Assembly (NCBI GenBank): GCA_040357565.1
Contig: JBDODJ010000026.1
Source of the DNA: Cercozoa sp. M6MM
Taxonomy: Eukaryota > Protista > Endomyxa: Ascetosporea
DNA: 64,000 nt
Strand: one strand, 5' to 3'
Under the pieces are notes generated by a model, which made no database searches, had not been told where the DNA came from, and saw nothing but the letters and a program-made list of their open reading frames with translations. Position 1 is the stretch's first letter; every line of letters begins with the position of its first letter. Both the position numbers and the translations under genes were made by a program. This document shows positions 25,395 to 41,828 of the stretch, piece by piece.

Positions 25395-28159
25395 TTTTCG
25401 TTTCCATGTCGGGCCAAATTGCCACTTTTTACCATAATTTGCAGCTATTTCACAAAAATTACACTTTATCACAGCGACAGTCGAGTACGTCGCGTATACT
25501 GCGCGGTTTTGCTTTCTTCCGCTACTATCACCGTAACCTTGGCAACTGAGATTACATACGGCGCCGAGCCGCGATGCGCAAACTGCTGGGCACAACAGTC
25601 CCGCTTCTCCGACGTCCTGCTTTTGTCTGCCATCGGTGCATGCTTCAAACCTCCAGAAAAGTACGGGCCTGTGGTACCCTCAGCATGGCAGTATTGTTTC
25701 TGTCGATTCAGTAAATGAGTTGTGAGCAGCTGCATGAGGCCGGCTTGCGCCCGTGGAAGACTGCCGTGGACTACCACGAAAAGGTTACTTAGAAACTTGA
25801 CATATGTCTCTCTGTCTCTAGGTTATTGTGACCTTGCTTGCCGTCCCCACTGTGCAGCCATAAAGACGACCGAGAAATGAAGTGGCACTAAGGTTGTTCT
25901 CTTTGTGTGCGTGTGTGCATGTGCCTACTTGTGTGTATGCCAGTATCACAATGCGATGGGCAGAATCCAGAGGACACGCGGCGTGTTCTGGAAGGCTGGC
26001 TTCCTCGTCGTCCGTGGCCTCGTCAACCGTACTTTTACTCGATGCCGTTATTCCGTATCGCAACACTGTGCTGTAAACTTACCGTCTGCGAGCCTTGCTT
26101 CAGCTCTGCTGGTTGGCTTGGGCCAGACCGTGCGCAAGCCACGCAAGCGCAGCGCAACAAGTGTCTCCTTGGTCGGCGTGGCCTTTGTCCTACAGGTGCC
26201 CTATGTTTATCTTCTGTTTCTCTCTATCACTTGGGAATGTTTGAGTTTCTACCACCTGACAATGACGGTGCAAATCGTGTCGTGTGACGTGTGCGTAGGC
26301 AGCGCTCACAAACGCCCCTGAGGCGCCCCGAGTAGTTTCGTTCCAGCGCCGTTTGCTTTCCTACTTGGACTGTAAAATACTGCACTAAGTAACTAAAGAA
26401 ACTTAAGGATGTATGTGGGTTCCCCGACTGCCGACACTCAAACGATTCTGCAGAAGCCCGTTCCCGTCGTCGATGACGATGTTCGTGACGGGAGGCGGAC
26501 GACAAGAGCGACGGGAAGGCGGATGACACAAGCGGCGATGAGGAGGTGGAGGTCCAGAAGTTTGATGATTTTGATATCCGAGCGACGATACCGGCAAAAT
26601 TACTGGCAATTTGGCCCCACCCATGTCGTATACATCCGGCACTAGGCTTTAATGTAATGCAGCCTGAACTCGCGCCGCTGCTGGCACGTTTCTCTCGACG
26701 AGATGCCGCATTGAATCGTCAAGGTCGCGCTACCATTTATATCGGATGTCAAAAAATCGGGAAAAGCATAACAGGGAAATCAAATGTTCAGCTACAGCCC
26801 AGTCTGTTCTACTTTGAGACTGGTCAGCGATCTTCGACTTCAGTGCCTGTTTGAGGAATACCGACACTGGGTGAATAGAAGAACGACAGAAGAACAGTGC
26901 AACGAACATGGCAAAATTCGGCGACGCCTTGTTCGAAGGTGCGAATAGAGTCGACACTGAACTCGATACGCGCAACGGGTCTTGACTCGAGCGAGATCAC
27001 CAGTGAACCCAGAGCTTGCGTATGATCGTTGCTATGGTGTTTGAGTTCGCTTTCGCGTTTGTCTAGCTCCATCTCGCGGCGTACCCGCTCTTCCATGACG
27101 GCATCGTTCGTGGCATGAGCCAAAGGCATGTGCATGGCTCGCTGCATTGACCGCTGTCGAGACTGCTGCGTTATTGCGGCATTTGAATGCGAAGGTCTGT
27201 GAGTATGACCCTCTTCGTTGGCTGTGGGCAAGTAATGCAATTTTGACAAGTGTCGTCTGTGCGCGGTTTCAGGTGCGAATTGTTGCATGCCGAGCGAAGC
27301 CAGTCCAACGCCTCCGAGTCGACCGCTTCCGGACCGGCCTCTTCGTGCTTGAACTTGCAATTCGAGTTGTTGTCGATAACTGAAACATTCGTACGCATTT
27401 TAAACATGTTTGGTTCGAATTGAATACACCTGGTACACACGCAAAACTACTCATTCATCTGTCGACGCCGGCGCTCGCGGGTCGGAGGTCGTTCTCCTGT
27501 GTTCTACTTGCCATACAGAAATACCTGCGATGACTTGAAAGGCTTCGTTGTCTGAGCAAGTCAATGAAAATACCCATGGGAACATTTGGTATGTGTCAGG
27601 TTGTCGGCTGCAATTTTTAGTTCTGTGCAACTTAAAACAAGGCACGTAGACGGATTGTCTAGCGACACATAACAGACACGGACTACGGCATCAATCACCT
27701 TTCAAGAGCGTAGTAAAATTTTGTAAGAGGCTTGATCTCCCTTGTGGTTCTCCGCCTGCAGGTGAGGGTGCGCCCTCAAATCCTCGCAAGGCCTAACACC
27801 AGTGCGCGCGCAGACAGCTTCCAAACCTTATTGTGCGGTCGCACCGAGCCGGTCTGGAATGAAAAACGCTGTTACAAACCGGAAATACCAACGGACCATT
27901 TTTGAGAGATTTTAAAAATCGTCTTTGGGATCAAAGCGCACACTGGCTCACTTTGAGTCGGTGGAAACTTCGTCGCTTTGGAAAGCACAAGCAACAGTTC
28001 TCTGCTACTGCTTTTCCTTTCACACTGGTAGACTATCACACGCACCCTGTTGCGTGCACTCGCGTGTGTTGCAATTGCGAAAATTGCGGGTCACTGCAGA
28101 TTTATGACGTTGTTGTCGGGATGTTGTGCACTTTCATTGCACGTGTGTTTGGTGTAGAA

Positions 28160-29195
28160 ATGTCGGTTCTCGCTCGTCGCATCGCTCGCTCGGCCTCGCA
28201 GGTCATGCGCCAGTCGCGCTTGTTGGCGAAGGCGGCCAAGCCCGAGATGGACTACGTAATATTGGCACTTGTGGGGTGTTGTCTGTTTTCACTGCTGTTG
28301 TCTTTGCAGGAGGAGTTCGAGCCGCAGTTTGAGGAGATGCGCCCTGCGGTAACTTTGAATAATTCATATCTGCGTGTCCAGTTAACATGTGTTGTCTTTC
28401 TCTCCGCAGCAAAGCGACGATGTCGTTGTCGAGGTCGACGAGGTGTCGTCGGACTTCACTGCGCAGGCCGTCGTGAACGGCGAGATCGAGCCGCTGTCGC
28501 TCAGCAACTTTGAGGGCAAGTGGGTCGTGCTGTTCTTCTACCCGCTCGACTTCACGTTCGTTTGCCCGACCGAGATCCTTGAGTTCTCCGCGAAGGCCAA
28601 CGAGTTCGAGGAGGTCAACGCTCAGGTGCTCGGCATCTCGGTCGACTCGGTGTACTCGCACCTCGCCTGGCAGAAGACGGTACATCTGCACGTGCGTATT
28701 CTTGCTGCCTGTCCGTGTGTTAATTATGTGTACTGAACACAGGACAAGTCGGAGGGCGGCCTTGGCGGCTACCTCAACTTCCCGCTGCTCAGTGATTTGG
28801 ATCGCTCGATCTCGGAGAGCTTTGGTGCCCTCCGCGAGGAAGGCTTCACCAACCGCACCACGGTCATCATCGATCCGGGTATTCTATTTGCCTTCTTCTG
28901 CGTATGCACAAAGCACCCGTGTGCTGCGCAACAGAGGGCGTCGTGAAGCACCTGTCGACCAACGCGCCGGAGGTTGGCCGCAACGTCGATGAGGTCCTCC
29001 GTCTCGTCAAGGCCTACCAGGTACACTCTCCCGTGTGACCACGGTGCTTTCCACCCGCCCCTTTCCTGATACTGAGAATGAATCTAGCACGCTGCTGAGC
29101 ACGGCGAGGTGTGCCCGGCTGGCTGGAAGGACTCTGGCGACAAGACCATCGTGCCGAACCCGGAGGATGCCAAGGAGTACTTCTCGACCATGTAA
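28160..29195 (+). CDS. Typical 2-Cys peroxiredoxin with probable mitochondrial presequence (6 exons)
   Basis: [36 protein letters not shown]; Arg/Ser/Ala-rich N-terminus [17 protein letters not shown]. Confidence 0.95.
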
Positions 29196-29376
29196 TCGGC
29201 CGACTTGAGCTACCCACTGCAGTACCTAGTACTACCGCACGATAACAAAAGCTAAGTAACAACGACGGCCCATCAGCGGCTGGCCGGGACTGGACGGATC
29301 GGGATGCAATTGCGGAGACATGACACTTGACACTTCGCTTGACTTTACTGTACAGTCGAGTTATGTAGGGGCAGAT

Positions 29377-32300
29377 TCAATCGAATGCGCCACGCCTCCG
29401 TGTGGACGACGAGCGCGACATTGTCGAAGTGCGCGACACTGTTTTTGTCGTGCGCGTCGGTGTCTACGCACACAGAGGACACGCTTGATGCACATGAGTT
29501 GGATATGAGCATCACAACAGCCTACCCTCGACGTTGTTGGACGACGTCTGGTACTGCCAGTGCTTGTGCTGCTGGTGCTACTAGTGCTCGAAGTGCCTGA
29601 CGGCAGAGTTCGCATCAGAAAGCAAACACAGGAGGAGGAAACAGAAAGTACCAGGCGCAGTTCTGGTGCGACCGCGCGACGGTGATGACGCAGAGGTCGT
29701 GGCAGTAGACCGCGGGGTGAGCGCTGTCAGCCGCGTGCGACCTCGCAGCGAACGGTTCGTGCTTCGACCACTGCTGGCACTGCACGCACAAGGAACAAAA
29801 ACAACGTTAACAACCGAAAGCAACGCAACTCAAACTCAAAGCCACCGAGTCGAGCTGCCCGTGTCACCACTGTCGCTGCTGGCACCCGTCAGCGATAATT
29901 GCTTCTGCAATTGCTCTCGCTGTCTCTTTTCCTCACGCAATGCTTGTTCCAGCTTGGTCTGTGCCACAACAACAACCATAACTGTACAGCAGCTCACAGA
30001 AACATCACTTGAGTCAAAACACACAATCTGGGCAGACAGGTCACGGCGCACTTCTTCGCGCTCCTTTCGCGCCTACAAACAAGAATCAGCAACCAGTTTT
30101 ATGGAAGCTAGTGCATAGGCAGGCAGCGTACACTATCAAGTTCAGCAGAAAGCCGTTTGAACTGGTCGTCTTTCGCCTTTACATCTTCCTGCACACCCGC
30201 GCGTATGCTTGATACCTCAACCAATAGGAGTGTATTGTTTGAACGAATAAACCTGAGCAGCCGAGATACGAGCGCTTGATGACTCCAATTGCGATTGCAC
30301 ACGTGCTTGAACTCTCTTGGTTTCGTTGGCGGCATCTTGAGCGAGTTTTTGCTGCAGTTTGACCTCTTGGGCCGCGCGTTGCAGCTTGCCCTGCAGCGAG
30401 TCCCTGTCGCGTGTGACTGTTTTGAGCTGCTGTCGCAGCGATGCCACAGCAGCTGCGGCATCACGAGCGGCACGAGCACCCTAAATAAAACAGTAAAGTG
30501 CAAAAACAAAACCAAAGAACGCAAAAAATACCTTGCCAAGTTGAATGGCCTGACAACGCTGTCCAAACAGCAAAGTCGCTTGCGATTCGCGCGAGTTCGA
30601 TCGACTTGGCGACAGCGTCACAAAAAACAGGGTGCGAGCACCCTTAGCAAAGTGGAAACAGGTACAAAAGGACGCAGGCAAGAGGACAAAAGCTAAGATA
30701 CCGGTGACAAGCAGTCCCTCAGCAAGTAGGTCAGTTTTGAGTTTCTGTATGGTACGTGCGCCGTGTTCTGACCACCCGATGCCTGGGAAGATAACAGGGC
30801 ATGAATATATGAGTAGGAGGTAACAAGGAAAGGGTGTATGGGTAGGAGACAACAAAGGACATCTATTGGTACCTCCTTGAGACGCAGAACGACGTCGCTG
30901 AGAGCCGAAAGCGACTTGTTGATGTGGCTACAAACAATAGGTTACTAACTCATAACAAAACAACACAAGCGAAAGCAAAGCAAGCAAGCGGTGTCTAACT
31001 AACCCAGTTTCTCGCTTCTGTGCGCCCTGAGTGCCGGACTTCTTGGCATTCTCTGAGCCTGCGAGATCGCAGAAGGCGAGCCGTCCGTAGCTGCGTTCAA
31101 ATAGTGCAGTACATACGACAACACGTCCATCTGCACCAACTGAGAGTCCAAAATTACAGTGTGGCCGCAGTGTCATCCGTGGTGTCACGGGACTCCACCA
31201 GCACCGACAGGATCCTACACCCCGGGGGGGGGGGGTAAGGGTAAAATAAGAGTGCAACATGCGATTTTACATGTGCGAGCGCGATGAGTGCGCATTGAGA
31301 TCGGTACAGGCTGCATGTGACACAACGTTGTGTGTGTACACGGGGATAAGAAAGAGATAGGCTACCAACAGCACGTGCGTTGGTGCCTCGCTCAAGCGCA
31401 TCCAGAACCTCCTTGGCCGTGGAGACTTCGAGACACACGGCGTCCGGTGCCACGACCCGACCTGCACCGTCATTCCAATTGTTACCACGCACGTCTTTTC
31501 TCAGGGGACACGTGCGCAGCGCTACCTTTCTCTTCAGTGAGACTGAGTGCTTCCGTTGGATCATCGCCCAGCAGGTCGCGCACTTGCTCGTTGTACACCT
31601 CGAGCAGGGTCACCTTTACCTGCGCACGTGCACTGCATAGCCTATTCCGCTTTACCTCCAGTCACAAGGTACCGAGGACTGAAGGTGCGGCTGACGCGCT
31701 AGCGCTTCAAAAAGGTGCACGAGCGCACGTTGCGTCACTCCCGGATCCTCCGGTGTGCCCAGCATCGTGTCTACAGACTTGTTGAGTTCAGGGAGCACAC
31801 ATGTAAATATTAATTAAGGAGGCGCTGGGTACAGGTTTTGCCCGTGCCGGTCTGTCCGTAGGCTGCGCAGCAGATGCGACCGCCACGTAGTGCCGTGTCC
31901 ACCAGAGGCTGCGGAAAGGGGCAAAAGGTAAGAGGGGTGGGTGGGGGAAGGGAGAAGTAAAGAGCTACCTCCACTTCACGGTACACGTGTCGCTGCGTCG
32001 CTTCGGGGCCAAAGCACCGCGCGAACGAACTGTACAAACAGACATCCATTTTGTACCGTCCATTTTGTACCGTCCATTTCTAAAAAAAGGGTACAAGTCC
32101 TGATGCATGCCGCCTTGCTCCTCCGGCAGCATGCGAATCGTGTCCTGTTCCGGAATGGCGACGGACACCTCCGCGTTGGCGTCTGGCAAGACAGACATGT
32201 CGGGAGTTAGGGGCCAAGAGGGGTAAAATACCGATTTCGTACTGCACGAGTCCACGCACACGACAAAACACACGGACTGCACCCTTGGCATCCTGTTTAA

Positions 32301-34308
32301 CCAGTCCATTTTGTACGGTTCACTTGTACAACCCACTCGTCCAACCCACTTGTACAGTCCATTTTGTGAACCCTTCACCGTACCTGCCACTGGTCCTGAT
32401 ACTTGCGTCGCAGCTTGCGCTCATGCTTGAGCTGCGCGCGCAGCACGGTCACGTCGTCCTCGGCATCCTCCATGCTGAAGTCGAGGTCGTCGCCGCCTGC
32501 ATACACACACACACACATACAGAGGGTACACACGTGAACAAAGTGACCATATAGTGACCACACAGTGACCACACACAAGCCGAAACAAACCTCCATGCAG
32601 ACGCAGTTCGTGCACCTCCTCGCGCAACTCGTCCAGCACGCGCACCTGGTTCTTCAGACGCTCCTCCAGTACCTCGCTGCTCGCACATAACAATGAATCA
32701 ACAAAATGCCCCAGGAGTAACGCCACAAGAGAGACGCCCCAGGAGAAACGTCAAGGCGAGAAACTACCGCTGCTGCTGAAATTCTTGTGTTTCCTGTCGT
32801 AGCTGTGCAACGACGGCCTCGGACTCGTGCAGCTTCTGCTCGGTCTCATGCAGCGCCAGGCGCGCCTGCTGTAGCTCGTCGCGCTGTCGGTGCGTGTCGC
32901 TGTCCAACGTGTCGCGCATACGGTCGGCTAGTTCCTAAAGGGCGGCACAAAATACCAACAGGTGACAGAAACCTGAGATAAAAAGGTGATACAGCTTGCT
33001 TTTTGAGTCGCTCGATCTCTTGCTTGGTGTGCTCAAGCTCTGCCTGAGCCGAGCGGAGCGCATCGTCTGCTGCGCGCGCACGTGTCTGCAACTCGTGATT
33101 CTCGTCTCGTTGCGTCTGCAGTGCGGCTTCCGTTTCCTTCAGTGCACCTACAGTTCAGTTTCATCATCCACATGCTTTTCTTGAGAAGAAAAATAGATTG
33201 AGTACTCTCCAACTGGTCAGTTTTAATTGAAGCAACGCCCAACTCGGCACTGGCATCCTTGTCTTTCTCTACTCAGTCCGATTGGTCAGTTTGGGCAGTT
33301 GAATTCTTTAATATTTCCAATTTGTACCCTTCAACTCGGTTAACTGTTTCTGCAGCTCATCTCGGCTCTTCTTAAGTTTATCGCACTCAAGCGCCTGGAG
33401 CACACAAGGCAGTACACAATACAAGTACGGTTGGAGCTGATTTCTACCAGTTCTTCCTGCGCTGCGAGCTCTTCGTCCTGCGCCCAAAGAAGAATAAGCG
33501 CATATCTGCATGGATGGCAGAAAATACCAGTGCAAGCTGCAACTCGGCGATTGCAGCTTCGTGCTCGGCGGAATTAGAGTTACTTTCTGCATTTTGTTCG
33601 GCCTGAACTCACTTAAATCATTTTGAAGTTTGTTCGGAGAAAACTGAAAGCGAAAAGCACCTCCTCAAGCTGAGCTTTGACTTGTTCGAGCTCTTCCTCT
33701 TTCGTGCACAACTCGGCATCGATCTCGGCGAGCACCTTTTGGATGCAACACTGTTTTAAACGAGAAAACAAAAGCTCTGTTATACCTGTTCGTCCTCAGC
33801 GACTTGGGCTTCGAGTTCGCTGACGCGTTCGCGTAGTGTGCTCAACTCAGCCTTCTGCTCAAGTTTAGAAGGATTACTTATATGCACAATTTCAGAACAC
33901 AATGGTAGGACCGTCTGTGAGTGAACAGTAGGGTCAATGGCCGTTACAGTCGTTGAACTTGCTGCGACAGGGGCTGTTGGGAGCAGCGAGGGTACACTCT
34001 GGCTACCTTAGGATGAAACTCGTACCTCCACTTTCGAGGTCAGTTTCAAGCAGCGCAAGGTTTTCGAGACACTCATCCTGTTAACACAGCAAATATCACA
34101 GGTTTAAAATCATTTTAAGCAAAATAACCGCACCAGTTCTCGCTGCAACTCGTCGCGTTCGCTCGTGAGTTCTCGAGTCTGAAACATCGGGGCATAAATG
34201 ACAGGTCACACAAGATCAAAACAAGGCAAAACAATAATGTGCAAGCACGGATACCTGTGCCTCCAGTTGTTCAATGCGCGTCTCCAGAAACGCCGTGTCA
34301 CTCGCCAT
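29377..34308 (-). CDS. Kinesin-14-like motor: N-terminal coiled coil, motor domain, S/T/R-rich tail
   Basis: AYGQTGTGKTYTM, LEVYNEQVRDLL, NAHSSRSH, DLAGSE, HINKSLSALSDV, HVPYRNSKLTYLL; many 45-100 nt exons. Confidence 0.92.
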
Positions 34309-35137
34309 CCCCTCTGGCTCTATGACGCGCAGATCACACGCTCCTTTTTCACTCTTCAATAATATTCTCTCGCGTGCTCTCGTCCCGTCCTCGCGGTAAT
34401 CAGATCGTCTTAGCAGATGATATAGTATTACCACACGTCTCTGAACTATATGACAACTCTGCTACTGCACGACGAGCTGGCTTTGAACTTTTAAAGCAGT
34501 GGTTAGTTGACTTCGAGAAAGATCGATCAAGCAGAAGATGGTGATCACCTCACCAGGCAGCCGAGCGCGAGCAATTGTTCTGTCTGTTGCTTTGGCTTAC
34601 AGTACAGCTCTACCTATGACAAAAAACAAGAACGCGCTGCCGGTGCCCAAAGAGAGCAGCTCGTTCGACGACGTCGTTGTGTTTGAGTGGGTTCTGTTGA
34701 TATTTGGTTCTGGGGTGCTTCTTTTGGATTCCTTTGCTGCAGCGTGCTGGACGAGCCGGAAAAGAAGCTGACCCAATTTGCTGCGACCGTGGGGGAGTAT
34801 CGCAGCTATGTCGATGACGTTAGTGAGGTATCTTAGGGTGGTGACAGATTCGGTCGATGGTGTCGGTCCACTGTGTGAATCGATAGGCATTGCGAGAGAC
34901 CAAGATCCCGCTGGTGCGTTTGATCGACAGAATTTAAAAGATGGATGCCATGATGTTTGTCTACGCAGGATGTGATCGGTATTATCGAGGAATTCGCCAA
35001 GAACCGCGCTGTGTACGATGAAGACGTAGTTCAAGTTTCCGCATGTCCCTCACTTTAGCGATGTTCGCATGATTTCTTGAATCGTGGCAGATTCCGGCGC
35101 ACCATTTTCCTCACGTATTTTCGGTAAGTCTGTTTTG

Positions 35138-35802
35138 ATGAAGGAAAGACACACACAGTGTTCAAGTTATCTTGTGGAACCTGAACGACAGATCACGCAA
35201 GGAATTAGCAAGTTCAGCTGGTCGGAAGCAACCACTCGTTTGCTGTGCACCTGGGGGTATCAGTTTGTTCTCGTTTTATTGCTATGTTTCAGTTTACTGA
35301 TTTGCTATTGATTCCTGTGTCACCTAGTTTTTCCGAGTTTAAAATTGCCTACGCTCGCGGCCAGGGTGTGATTGACGAAAGCTTTGACGACGTCGCCAGC
35401 GACTACGAAGACTCAAGCTTGAGTGCGAGTCTGCTTCGCCGTCTAGTGGCACTCGACTTCCCAGTCAACGCGTTTGAGTTCTATTGCAATGATGTTAAGC
35501 TGGAGAAGGTCGACATTAGCGCCTGCACCTGTCACGACGAGATCGACAAGGCGCTGGACAAGGCATGTCCGAATGCGTTCCACTTTGAAGGTTGCGACGG
35601 CCACCTTGCCGCTTTCGCTGCTATCGTTCGCCTCGGTGCCGACGACCTGTGTCGCCACGACAAGGACGGCTACTGGAAGCAACTGCCGCCTTTCAAGTAC
35701 CGACCACACTTTTCTACACCTGGGGAATGCGCGCATTGCACATTTTTCTGTTTTGTTTTTGCAGGCTTCGCAAGCAGCCACCGCCTTCGCGTGCACCTGT
35801 AA
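35138..35802 (+). CDS. Uncharacterised Cys/His-containing protein (at least 2 exons)
   Basis: GG|gtatcag...cctag|T intron joins two open frames; codon usage like other genes in 35330-35720; ends uncertain. Confidence 0.5.
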
Positions 35803-36241
35803 ACTCTGCCCTCCCAAGCTCTCCTTATTTGTATACTGTTACACGTCTCCGTTTGGCGTTCGCAGTCTCTCCGGATTGGTGGTTACGGTCTGTTCCAGCC
35901 GTACTAGAGCCTCAGGCTGCGCTGCGCTGTGAAAAAAGTCGACCAGCGCACGATGATTAAAGTTGATAATATCCATCCACGATACTTGTCGTTCTCTCGT
36001 ACACACAAGAGCAACTATCGATACATGTAGCTGCACACACTAGCGCACATATAACGGTACTTCCGGAACGCGCAAGAAAAAACTGTGTGGGGAAAAAAGG
36101 AAAACGGCGTAGGGCATTGTACAGCCGTTCCGAGCTTATCTGTGCTTATCTGTGCTTAGTTTTCGCCTAATTGGCAGATTGATTGCTCGATCGGCCCGTA
36201 GATTGCTCGTGTAGATTTTGGGAGGGAAAAACGCGAAAACA

Positions 36242-36601
36242 ATGTCTCATGTGGCTGCGATGGTTACCGCGGTTGAATTAAACGACCGAACGCTGCAGAA
36301 ATCGCCCTTATTGCGCCCTGCTGGTACTTTGCCTCGCCACTCTTCCCTTTGAGTGCACATTCTCTGGTGTGCAGGACCCAAGGTGACTAAGTATGAAGTC
36401 TCGCCCCTGGCACAAGCGCGCACATTTAAACCCAGCGACTCTGAGGTGCACATCCCGGAGCTACGACTGCAGCCCCAAACTGTTGTTCCGCCACTTCAGA
36501 CTTCGCCCAAGAAGGGCATTCAGGCTCCGAAGGTGAGTGAGAAGGAGAGTGTCACTGACAGAAACCCTTCCAGCGACCTCGAAGCGGAAGGCCCGGAGTG
36601 A
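36242..36601 (+). CDS. Small (~100 aa) two-exon orphan protein
   Basis: MSHVAAMVTAVELNDRTLQKSPLLRPA G|gtactt...tgcag|GA PKVTKYEV...AEGPE*; canonical intron joins frames. Confidence 0.55.
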
Positions 36602-36936
36602 CCGTGACACTGCGACGGCGCAACTTCAAAGTTCAACTCGACTGTTCCATTAAGCATGTTTCTTCCACGCCAGTGTTCGGCTCCTTTTGCCGAGCCTTTC
36701 CGCCATCGCTTGTACTACTACTGAAATAATGGAACCGAACTGACGTCAGCGTATTTTTTCATTTTCGTTTCGCTTTGCCGCTTTTTGTACGTTACATTCA
36801 TTATGGTAACATGCGGTCGGGCAAATCGATCACGTAACCATCAATCAGTTGACTAGGCCTTAGGATCACCGCACCGATATCGATGAGATCTCGATCTCGG
36901 CGAGGAGACTGAGAGTGGGTGTAGACGCCGACAAGT

Positions 36937-39647
<2,711 letters not shown>

Positions 39648-40193
39648 CTTTCTTGACTTTTATCCTATCAAACGACTTGCGGTGATCACCTGCCACGCGT
39701 GAGCACAATGTTGAACGCTCGCGACCAAGTTTATACAAACCGCGCGGCCCATTTGGACCGTTCAAATAACCAACCAGCCATGAATAATATCGCACCTTTA
39801 AAGAAACGCACGAAGGCGACCAACTTTGGTCACCCGCAGTGATAGAAGGCTTTTGAGCGTCGGTGCGCGCTTCAGTAGAGCTGTAGACACTACTGTCACG
39901 CGCTTGGACACGTCTGAGCGTTCGCACAACTGAAAGTACCGTCTCATTTGTGCAGCCACACGGACGAACCTGATCGCAGTATCAGTTCTGTGTTGTTGTT
40001 GTACTTGCTCAATACGAGTGCCCCGACACGAAAACAGCGAGGTTTGGCCCCAAGGCTCGACACCTGCGCGTCGTAGGAGACGAAACGCCCGGGATCTCCG
40101 AAGCCAGGCTCTGGGCGAAACGCCAATCGGTCAGACAGACAAAAGTGACAGCACGCAGAAGGAACAGTCGAAACTGACAGCCTTGCGACGACG

Positions 40194-41828
40194 ATGGGCC
40201 AGCTGATCGACTGGAACTGCGCCTACACGGTGGCAGACTTTCTGCTGGGCGCGCTGTATGTCGGTGTCGCCGTGATTGCCATCATGCAGTTGCGTGCAAT
40301 CGTGCTTGCCACGAGGTAGACTGTTGCTTTACCCCTCCTGTCCTGTCCCTTTACCACTACCCCCCTGCGTGAACAGGGGAGTGACATCGCCAGAGAAGAA
40401 GTGTACGGCGCAGAAGCTCTTCCTGTCGTGTATCTCGGTGCAGGCACTCATGCGAGGCACGTGTCTCGCACTGCAGCCCTTCTTCAGCGATTGTCAGCGC
40501 GACATGATCGGCGACAGTGCCAACCTGTGGTAAGCTCTATCCTCCTTGCCTCCGTACCCATTCCTTTATGTCCATCCCCTTACCCCTTCTCCCAGGTTGG
40601 AGATAGGCACCTCGCTGCCACTGGAACTTTTCGTGCTGGCCTTCTCGATCCTGGCTTTCAAGATCGCGCATATCTACCACTCGGTACATACCCCTTTACC
40701 CCTACCATTCTATCCCTCACTGTGCTGACAGGTGAGAGAACTGACTTACGCCCCGCGGAGCTTCTCGTTTCGCTTCTTTGTGGGTGCTTTGTGTTTTTAA
40801 CCCCCGCCCCCCCATGTACTCACTCTCCTTGTTACTACCTTGCTGTAGTGATGCTGGTGTTGATGAACATCGCTTCGTGGGCCGCTTGGGGCATTGGCAT
40901 TGGCTTCCATCATGTACTTACAGTCTTGCTAGTCAATATACTTGGGACCTATCGTGTGGGATACCCCTGATGTGACACAGGACGACAGTAGACGTGGTGA
41001 TCAATACCGCCGCGGCGTAATTCGGATTGAGGGCATCGTGACGCTGCTGCTGGCACTCGGCTTTGCGCTGCACGGCGTGCTCCTTTACCGTGTGTGGTGC
41101 CGCGTGCGATCGGCGCGCTCCATGTCCATGTCGATGTCGCAGCGCACGCCTGTGTCGCCTGTTCGCAATGTAGCTTCTCCCCACACACCCCCTACCCCAC
41201 CTTAACCCCCTCCCCCTACCCAGATAATGACAACGTCGGCACTGGCAACGATTTGTTTCCTGGCCCGCGGCACGCTCTTTGTGCTCGGCATCGATGCCAC
41301 GACGTCGGCTCTGACGCTGGTGCTCTACTGCGTCGGCACCGAGGTGGTCCCGACCTGCCTCATGATCGTCGTCTTCCATGGTGCTGCTGCACGGGCACGC
41401 CACGACGGCGAGCGCTGCGGACGCGAGGCCGGCGACCCGGAGGCACCCGACGCCGCCTTGCTGTCCAACAAGAGGCGCCGTCGCACTGTCTCCTCGGCCC
41501 GCGAGTCGTCTGCTGTCAATGTACCCTGCCCCCTTCCCTACGACCCATGCATCGTGACCTTTCCACTGAGCAGTCAAGGCCAGCCGACGATGCCACCAGC
41601 AGAAGGATCGACTTTGGTGCCTGTCGCATCGAAGGCGAAGACGACGAGGACGATGACGACGACGACGACCGACTCGTCACGGGCATGACACTACCGCCGC
41701 AGTACGGTGGTGCGCCCTACAGTGACATTAGCGCCAGTGGTGGCGGTGTGCCGCTGAATGCTGCCGAGCACACGCCACACAGCGGCGATCCCTTTGTCGG
41801 CTTCAGTCCCGCGCACACGCCTCCATAG
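40194..41828 (+). CDS. TOM1/THH1/GPR137-like multi-pass membrane protein
   Basis: GALYVGVAVIAIMQL, TAQKLF, SLPLELFVLAFSIL, GFALHG, ICFLARG, EVVPTCL: helix pattern of this family. Confidence 0.75.
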
